Assembly (NCBI GenBank): GCA_036834845.1
Contig: DAITNB010000003.1
Span: 70,385 to 134,384, forward strand
Direction of reading: 5' to 3'
Length of the DNA stretch: 64,000 nt
Source of the DNA: a bacterium
GTDB taxonomy: Bacteria; Bacteroidota; Ignavibacteria; Kapaibacteriales; Kapaibacteriaceae
The position numbers were made by a program, and so were the translations under genes. Each line of letters starts with the position of its first letter. Positions within the stretch are counted from its first letter, which is position 1. Below are positions 57,918-64,000 of this stretch, one piece after another. Under the pieces are notes generated by a model. It was not told the origin of the DNA, made no database searches, and saw only the letters and a list, made by a program, of their open reading frames with translations.

Positions 57918-58958
57918 CTACGGCATCCGTACGTAGCAGGCGGCAGAGCTGCTGCCAAGAGAGTCTACGTGTGGCAATGGCTTTGCATTTCCCAAGCGGG
58001 TAACGCGAAACAAGCGTTCGGAGTAGAGTTGCGAGGCCGTACGAAGGCCGTATACAAGTTCGGATCCGTCGGCAGACCACATGTGATCGTGGATAATGGC
58101 ATCTGCCACGCCTAATGTCGAAACGCTGCGTGTAGCCACGTCAATGAACGTTAATGGACTGGCGAGAACGATGGTTTCTCTTGTGGGCGATACGCTAATG
58201 GCAGAGTTTGTAAGTGCCGGCACCAACTCGCTGAGTATGGCCTCGAGATTCGTGGCTATCGAGTATGAATGCACCGTGCTTTTCGACCCTGCTGTTGACG
58301 CGTACACTAGCGTATTAGCATCGAGCCAATGAACATGTTGTACACTGCGGGGTGTTGTTGCTACTGTAGTGGCTCGTGTTGCAATATCTACGAGCAGCGG
58401 AAGGACTATGGCCGGACTGCTGCCCGCAACACTTCCGCACACAGCAATTCGCGAGCCGTCGGGCGACCATGCAGGGGCGCCAACCACACGAAGAGAAAAG
58501 CCACTATTGGACGAGTCGATAAGAACCGTACGCCCAGAGCCATCGGCGTTAGCAATAACAAGCGACGTTGCCGAGCCGCGCACTTCAAACCACGCTATGC
58601 GATCTGCTCTTGGAGACGGTGTAGGGAAGGCAGCGGTAACATCCGAGAGCGATCTCTGAGTGCGCATTTCCGCATCAAAGGCAAACAACGGCAGCTCGCT
58701 ACCGGTTTTTCCAGTGTAATAAACATAACGTCCACCTATTGTTACCCCAATCCGCGGAGTAGTAGGTGCTGTGATGGCCGTTAGTGCTGTTAACTCTGAG
58801 CCATCGGAGTTCATTCTGTACAGCGTGCTAACCCTGGTTTGCGGATCGCGCGCGACAAACATCACGCGCTCCTTCACGGGATCTGGCACCGTGGGTGCTG
58901 AACACGAAGAGAGAACTACGATGGAGATGAGAACGAAGAGGAGGCCGCGAGGTGTCAT
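57918..58958 (-). CDS. TolB-like beta-propeller lipoprotein
   Basis: Lipobox VVLSSCS. Repeated PxWSPDGSRIA / WSADGSELVY PD40-type motifs. Confidence 0.65.
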   Translation of the reverse strand: MTPRGLLFVLISIVVLSSCSAPTVPDPVKERVMFVARDPQTRVSTLYRMNSDGSELTALTAITAPTTPRIGVTIGGRYVYYTGKTGSELPLFAFDAEMRTQRSLSDVTAAFPTPSPRADRIAWFEVRGSATSLVIANADGSGRTVLIDSSNSGFSLRVVGAPAWSPDGSRIAVCGSVAGSSPAIVLPLLVDIATRATTVATTPRSVQHVHWLDANTLVYASTAGSKSTVHSYSIATNLEAILSELVPALTNSAISVSPTRETIVLASPLTFIDVATRSVSTLGVADAIIHDHMWSADGSELVYGLRTASQLYSERLFRVTRLGNAKPLPHVDSLGSSSAACYVRMP

Positions 58959-58995
58959 ACGCAGCAGCTCTCCGCAAAAAACGTGCCACACGTTC

Positions 58996-59274
58996 TTATT
59001 CTGGTGTTATTATGTTAAGCGGCAACGAGGCCGAATTTTCTGTCAGTCTACCAGGCTGCCCTGTTGTGCCACCAACCCACAATAGCGACCCCTCGAGCAC
59101 AGTATTGCCACTAAGACAATTGCTCGATACAAGCACAACGGTTCCGGCGGGCAGAGGTATCTCCGGCCCACGAGCACCAGTGGATGGGTTAATAACAAAA
59201 CCCTGCCCTCCCGGGTTTGCTACTGTCCGCTGTTGGATACTTGTGAGCGTGGGTTCGTGTTGTTGCTGTTCCAT
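58996..59274 (-). CDS. small hypothetical protein (Gly/Thr/Pro-rich)
   Basis: 92-aa ORF directly upstream of the TolB-like gene. No motif recognised, and coding status is uncertain. Confidence 0.3.
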   Translation of the reverse strand: MEQQQHEPTLTSIQQRTVANPGGQGFVINPSTGARGPEIPLPAGTVVLVSSNCLSGNTVLEGSLLWVGGTTGQPGRLTENSASLPLNIITPE

Positions 59275-59347
59275 GGTGTGCTCTTTTCGATAATTTGTAC
59301 GACCGTGGTGCACAATTTAGGTAGACCTATTCAATCAAAAGGGTTAC

Positions 59348-61204
59348 GTGTTGGTGTTCGACGATTTGTTCGCCTTTATCCGCGAGAGTTCAAAGGAAGG
59401 CTCCTCAGCCGAATGGTCTGGCGAGTGGCGTATGGCACACTCTCTATTGTTAGCATTGCGGAATCAAGACAAAGAGGCCATTCTCGAAGCATTAGCCCCG
59501 ATACGGGACTCTGAGAATCCGGAGATACGTTTTTATGTAAATAGTTGCATGCTTGTTGCCGTTTCTTTTGGACTTCACTTTCCAAATGTAGACAGCATTG
59601 TTCGCGACATAACCACATCTGAATATTATTCCAGCGAGCTTCTACGGGCCTGGGCGGAGGAGAAGATTGCACGGTACCTGATGCACGATGATAAGAGAGC
59701 GCAAGCGGTGAGTCTTCTCTTGCGCAGCGCATCGGTGTTCGAGCATCATGGCTGGATTTCGAACCTTGTTGTATGCCAGTGTCTCATTGCAGACATACAG
59801 TACAAACGAGGAGACCTAGCAGCGTCTACAACCACGTATGCTCAAGCAATTGATAATGCCGTAAAGGCGGGAATTGTGGCCGGACTTCCCTCAATACGGG
59901 CTAATATGGCAACTGTTTTGTATCAGTCCGGCAACTTTGCGGAAGCCAGATCGGTGTATGAAGAGGTACTTGATTCGGACTATGGCATAAAACTACGGTG
60001 GCCTCGGGCGCGCATTCATGCCCTGATAGCAGCCATGGCAAAGCTAACGGGTGACTATCCCGAAGCCCTCCGCCAATACGAAAGAGCAATCGCCTACCTC
60101 GAAGGCAGCGATCATCGGGATGTGCTTATCCCAATCTTAAACGGCTATTCCGACCTCCACATGCGGATGGGCAACATCCAAGCGGCACGTGAAATATTTG
60201 CACAGGTGCAAGCGGAAGAGAATGTGCCACTTACGGCGCAAACAAAAATCGAGGTAGCTACAGTACATGCAGACATACTCGCTAGCGATGGAAGACTCGA
60301 CGAGGCGTACCAAGTTGTAACCGAGGCATTGGCCTTGGGCAGAGCATTTAGTCTGGCAGATTCTAACCGTCAGCTTGCCGAGGATGCACTTCGATACCTA
60401 ACCGACGCTCGACATAGAATGCCCATACTCGAGGAACTCGTGTCCGTCCAACGTGAGCGCATCAAGGCGGTACCGGACTCCATTTCGTCTATCCTTTCGA
60501 TGCGAAGCGAATACGAACAACAGCGTGCCCACAGAGAGGTAGAGCGTCAACAAGAACTTGCTCGCACAATCATGACAACACAGGATAACATCTTGCGAGA
60601 CATTGGAAGGGATCTTCATGATAGTATTGGACAAGACCTAACAGTGCTCGTGCGCATGATTGAACGATTGCGCAGAGATTTCAATGGTGCACCCGACCAA
60701 TTAGAGCAACTCCTGACAGACATGCAGACAGCCGCAGGCCGCGCTGCAACCGATGCCAGGAGGATTAGCCATCTTCTTGCCGGCTCGGGAATCACTGCCG
60801 AAGGGCTGCCCGCGGCGATGGAACAAATTGCTCAGATGATGCGCAGCGCGGATTCCTCTCTCAACGTAGACGTTATTGTAGATTGGCCCAAGCCACCACT
60901 TCCAGATGGGGTGGCTCGGGCGTTGTATCGTGGATTTCAAACACTGGTGCAGAATGTCCTCCGCCACGCCAGGGCAACACACTGCACGCTGCAATTGCTC
61001 ATTAGGGATGGACACGCAGTAGCTATCGTTGAGGATGATGGACGCGGGTTCGATGGATCGGCGGTGGCTTCCGGCTTAGGGATGAGAGAAGTAAAGGCCC
61101 GCATGGAGCTCCTTGGCGGTAGTGTACTCGTAGATTCGTCTCCGGGGCACGGTGCGTATATCGAGCTCAGGGTTCCGTTTAACCCATCGGAGGCGCCGCA
61201 ATGA
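59348..61204 (+). CDS. cytoplasmic sensor histidine kinase: TPR-like N-terminal region plus HisKA_3 and HATPase_c
   Basis: H-box RDLHDSIGQDLT (HisKA_3/NarX type). ATPase blocks are VQNVLRHA..., EDDGRGF and GLGMREV. No TM segment was seen. Confidence 0.8.
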   Translation: MLVFDDLFAFIRESSKEGSSAEWSGEWRMAHSLLLALRNQDKEAILEALAPIRDSENPEIRFYVNSCMLVAVSFGLHFPNVDSIVRDITTSEYYSSELLRAWAEEKIARYLMHDDKRAQAVSLLLRSASVFEHHGWISNLVVCQCLIADIQYKRGDLAASTTTYAQAIDNAVKAGIVAGLPSIRANMATVLYQSGNFAEARSVYEEVLDSDYGIKLRWPRARIHALIAAMAKLTGDYPEALRQYERAIAYLEGSDHRDVLIPILNGYSDLHMRMGNIQAAREIFAQVQAEENVPLTAQTKIEVATVHADILASDGRLDEAYQVVTEALALGRAFSLADSNRQLAEDALRYLTDARHRMPILEELVSVQRERIKAVPDSISSILSMRSEYEQQRAHREVERQQELARTIMTTQDNILRDIGRDLHDSIGQDLTVLVRMIERLRRDFNGAPDQLEQLLTDMQTAAGRAATDARRISHLLAGSGITAEGLPAAMEQIAQMMRSADSSLNVDVIVDWPKPPLPDGVARALYRGFQTLVQNVLRHARATHCTLQLLIRDGHAVAIVEDDGRGFDGSAVASGLGMREVKARMELLGGSVLVDSSPGHGAYIELRVPFNPSEAPQ

Positions 61205-61827
61205 TTCGTGTGTACTGCATAGACGATCATGAAATTGTCCTTCGTGGACTCTCTGCCGATCTTGTTACCCACAAAGGCATAAGTGTGGTTGGCACCTCCA
61301 CAGATCCACGCGAGGCGCTCCGCACGCTGGTCGATTCACCGGATAGCGTTGATGTGGTAGTTACGGATATAGAGATGCCCGAGGTTAGCGGCTTTGATGT
61401 GTGCGCACAATTACGCAAGAAGGGTCCGCTGCCGCGCGTAATGTATCTGACGTATCACATGACCGACGTAACCCGCGCCAAGGCAAGGTACACAGAAGCG
61501 AATGCCATTGTCTATAAAAGTGCTTCAACAGAAGAGATTGTTAGTGTTATTCGACGCGTCTTCGAGGGGGAAAGTCTGATAGAACGTGTTATTGAAGACC
61601 ACGAGGTTCCCATATCCGTTAACACAACGTTGTCTCGCAGTGAACTAGAGGTGCTGCGACTTATCGCTTGCGAGTTTCTTACCGGAGCCGAGATAGCAGA
61701 ACGCCTAAACCGCAGTAGGCAGACTGTAGAGTCGCACAGGAAGAACATTATGCAGAAATTGGGTACACGGAACATCTCCGAACTTGTTCACTTTGCCATA
61801 ACTATGGGAGTTTGTTCCCCAAAGTAG
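61201..61827 (+). CDS. NarL/FixJ-family response regulator (receiver plus LuxR HTH)
   Basis: The receiver has VVVTDIEMPEVSG. The HTH is LSRSELEVLRLIACEFLTGAEIAERLNRSRQTVESHRKNIMQKLG. ATGA overlap with the kinase gene. Confidence 0.85.
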   Translation: MIRVYCIDDHEIVLRGLSADLVTHKGISVVGTSTDPREALRTLVDSPDSVDVVVTDIEMPEVSGFDVCAQLRKKGPLPRVMYLTYHMTDVTRAKARYTEANAIVYKSASTEEIVSVIRRVFEGESLIERVIEDHEVPISVNTTLSRSELEVLRLIACEFLTGAEIAERLNRSRQTVESHRKNIMQKLGTRNISELVHFAITMGVCSPK

Positions 61828-61923
61828 AGTTCTATACTTCGCGTGATAGGGGGCTCACCATGTCTGGAACGTTACTGTATCTTTGGATATGAAGATTTCG
61901 ACCAACGGATAGGGAACTGCCAA

Positions 61924-62448
61924 ATGAATAACATAGCCACCGTGATAGTTCGGGAAATGAAGCAGATGGTTGGACTATTCGTCTATCTTCTCTGCATATT
62001 CTCGGCGTTCATTCTCTATCGTTCTCTTGTTCTGGCGCAAGAGGGAATAGACTACAGCGATTACGGGTTTGCGTTCATTAAAGCGTTAGTGTTTGCCAAG
62101 GTGATACTCATCATCAAATTTGTTTCGTTTGTTACTCTCTTTGACGATAAACCGCTTATCATCCCCACCACGTACAAGGTGTTGCTGTTTTCAGTGCTCT
62201 CTTTTGCGTTTGCCTACCTGGAGCATGTAGCAAGAGCCCTGATTAAGGGGTATACTATTCCAGATGCGCTTGGCGCAATGTTCGAGATAGGACCGCACGA
62301 GCTTAGCGCACGCATGCTCACCTTTGTGCTCGCTCTCATACCATACTTTGTTATCAACGAGATAACGCGCATTGTAGGCAAGGGTGTAGTGTTGCGCTGG
62401 TTTTACAAGGGGGTTGACCCGTCCTTTCCGCGCGGTGGAAAAGACTAA
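61924..62448 (+). CDS. hypothetical polytopic membrane protein
   Basis: About four hydrophobic helices. I use the internal ATG at 61924. No motif recognised. Confidence 0.45.
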   Translation: MNNIATVIVREMKQMVGLFVYLLCIFSAFILYRSLVLAQEGIDYSDYGFAFIKALVFAKVILIIKFVSFVTLFDDKPLIIPTTYKVLLFSVLSFAFAYLEHVARALIKGYTIPDALGAMFEIGPHELSARMLTFVLALIPYFVINEITRIVGKGVVLRWFYKGVDPSFPRGGKD

Positions 62449-63710
62449 CGATACATTGTTCGACATCGAATGGATGTTTTGCATTGTTCCACCACGAAAA
62501 GTGCGCCGGTAGCATTGTTATCAACGGCTCTTCCGAGCACGTCGTATGTACCTATTGTGCGCCACTCCGCTGAATCGTCTGCGAATGAAACACTCGTTGT
62601 TGCGTCGAGCACATCGCGAATTGCCTGTTTGAGTTTCATGTACGATGGGTATACGGAGGTAACGCTGTTCGACTTTAGGGCGAGGACGGCGCAGTAGCCA
62701 CGCTGAAAGTCGATCCACGGACTGTATCCAAACCGGCCTTGGGATGCCCCCTCCAAAAGTGTATCCGTTACGGGATCCACACGCTCGCGCCAGAGTCCTA
62801 TGCCGTACCGTGTAGACGAGACACCTGGGAACAAGGCCTCCATTCCCAGGTAGGGTGTGTAGGAAATTCGTGCACCTTGTGTTTGATCTGCCAGCATGGT
62901 GTCTATCCACTCTGCGCCGATAACGCGCCTTCCATTATACACACCTCTGTTGAGAATCATCACAAGAAGTTTAAGGTACTCTTCGGCGGTAGACAGAACG
63001 CCACCATCAATCCGAGGATTATCGGTATTGTAGAGTCCGCGCACATCCCAAGAGGTGCGCGTCCATTCTAAGTTGCGTGCAATGGTTTCCGTAAACACAC
63101 TGTCCCAACAGTTCCCCGATGGCAACATGTTATTGAAGGCAATCTCTGCCATCCTGCCTGCAACATGCATGCCTTCGCTACCATAATTCAATGTGCTTCC
63201 CGGCAAGGTAGTAAGCTTTCCTGATAGCACACTATCTACACATTCGGCAAGCGTAATGGTAGATGTAATGTCTTCTACACAGGGAGTAATTGGACCTAGG
63301 TTCGAGCGAAAACCTGCGGTAAACGTAAAGAGTTGCCGTAGGGTAATTCCCCTTTTCTCTTCCGATACCGATGGGAAGTATTGCGAGAGTGTGTGGTCTA
63401 AAGACAGAATATTTCTATCGAGCAGCGCAGTTATCACGGCACCCGAAACCCATTTCGATGCCGAGGCAATGGGTAACAGACGCGTTTTCGACATGTTCTT
63501 TCCCGGCAACGCTATGGAGCGATCGTAGATAAGCTTTCCGTCCTTGTGAATCAGAAGGCATACACCCCCTGCGTCATCCGGTCCAGTGCCCCCTAACACC
63601 GCAAGCGAGTCCTCGAGAATTTTGTCTACAGCAGTAAAGTTATAGGTCTGTGCGTGCAACACGTTGCAGCAGACCACCATGCACACCACGAATGTTAGGA
63701 ACAGACTCAT
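62445..63710 (-). CDS. serine hydrolase, beta-lactamase (class C/PBP4*-like) family
   Basis: Signal peptide, then the SxxK motif in PIASASKW. A short C-terminal tail (YDVLGRAV...GALFVV) faintly resembles a truncated sorting domain. Confidence 0.75.
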   Translation of the reverse strand: MSLFLTFVVCMVVCCNVLHAQTYNFTAVDKILEDSLAVLGGTGPDDAGGVCLLIHKDGKLIYDRSIALPGKNMSKTRLLPIASASKWVSGAVITALLDRNILSLDHTLSQYFPSVSEEKRGITLRQLFTFTAGFRSNLGPITPCVEDITSTITLAECVDSVLSGKLTTLPGSTLNYGSEGMHVAGRMAEIAFNNMLPSGNCWDSVFTETIARNLEWTRTSWDVRGLYNTDNPRIDGGVLSTAEEYLKLLVMILNRGVYNGRRVIGAEWIDTMLADQTQGARISYTPYLGMEALFPGVSSTRYGIGLWRERVDPVTDTLLEGASQGRFGYSPWIDFQRGYCAVLALKSNSVTSVYPSYMKLKQAIRDVLDATTSVSFADDSAEWRTIGTYDVLGRAVDNNATGALFVVEQCKTSIRCRTMYR

Positions 63711-63798
63711 TGCCCGATTAAAAAATGATGTACGAAAACGTCCCCAATGTATCACATTTTGCACGTAGCAAACGAATCATCCACACGCACTCCGCGCC

Positions 63799-64000
63799 AT
63801 GTTACTCTCTCCGGCCTTCGAACACGCTCTACGATACGCATCTGTAATTCATGCAGGGCAAACACGAAAGGGCTCCAACATCCCCTACGTTGCCCATCTT
63901 CTCGGGGTAACTGCAATAGCGTTGGAATATGGCGCTAACGAAATAGAAGCCATAGGTGCATTGTTGCATGACGCAGCAGAGGACGCAGGGGGCAGGGGGC
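63799..64000 (+). CDS. HD-domain protein (RelA/SpoT-hydrolase-like), 5' part only; runs off the right edge
   Basis: Hand translation from the ATG at 63799 gives MLLSPAFEHALRYASVIHAGQTRKGSNIPYVAHLLGVTAIALEYGANEIEAIGALLHDAAED. The HD motif is present. Confidence 0.7.
   Translation, partial: MLLSPAFEHALRYASVIHAGQTRKGSNIPYVAHLLGVTAIALEYGANEIEAIGALLHDAAEDAGGRG

Noticed and set aside
62445-62600. A T9SS sorting domain at the C-terminus of the beta-lactamase-family hydrolase.
   Set aside because: Only a short, weak resemblance (YDVLGRAV...FVV) was seen. It is too short for a full CTD, so I do not claim it.
1-64000. A CRISPR array, a retron or DGR-type reverse transcriptase, and toxin-antitoxin or restriction-modification genes.
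   Set aside because: No spaced direct-repeat array was found. No intergenic gap exceeds about 200 nt, and no RT, nuclease, methylase or small paired ORFs were recognised.

Overview
This is a densely coding 64 kb bacterial chromosomal window (about 50 CDS and 2 tRNAs) with no rRNA and no CRISPR array. I saw no recognisable restriction, toxin-antitoxin or other known defence genes. All calls rest on motifs I recognise by eye in the supplied translations; no database search was possible. Lineage signals point to the Fibrobacteres-Chlorobi-Bacteroidetes (FCB) group. These signals are several type IX secretion (T9SS) C-terminal sorting domains, a PorV/PorQ-like barrel, a GWxTD protein, and Bacteroidota-type TTTG-N19-TAnnTTTG promoter boxes. 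Layout, left to right: (1) The right end of an integrative element sits at tRNA-Arg(ACG), with a tyrosine integrase and an ATGA-coupled unknown ORF that runs off the window. (2) Housekeeping genes follow: rpsT, murQ, dedA and tRNA-Leu. (3) Two very large secreted proteins come next, a 1200-aa FG-GAP/ASPIC protein and an 1808-aa GEVED/beta-helix/T9SS protein. (4) Then lnt, an M16 peptidase pair and a Yip1-like membrane protein. (5) An ECF sigma/anti-sigma pair precedes a BNR-repeat T9SS protein and a tightly packed triad: a TonB-dependent-receptor-like barrel, a 1442-aa orphan protein and a PorV-like barrel. (6) A translationally chained run of eight genes follows: GWxTD, LpxL-like, GT9 heptosyltransferase, pseudouridine synthase, BatA/vWA, J-domain protein, M61 peptidase and a TPR lipoprotein. 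(7) clpS lies divergent from a second chained run: CADD-like di-iron protein, EgtC-like Ntn amidotransferase, orphan nuoL, SRAP peptidase, two thioredoxin-fold proteins, a roughly 45% Arg+Gly disordered protein and an unknown exported protein. (8) On the minus strand are lysA, a DUF1800/DUF1501 pair, small membrane proteins, three transcription factors and a TolB-like lipoprotein. (9) The window ends with a TPR histidine kinase and NarL-type regulator, a membrane protein, a class-C-like serine hydrolase and a partial HD-domain gene. The best candidates for uncharacterised biology are the TBDR-like/1442-aa/PorV-like triad and the CADD/amidotransferase/orphan-NuoL coupling. Two single-gene candidates follow: the stand-alone RGG-rich protein with a triplicated ERQPL(T/S)NE motif, and the DUF1501 protein carrying both a twin-arginine signal and a T9SS sorting domain. 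None of these is demonstrated, and each is a hypothesis with a stated test.
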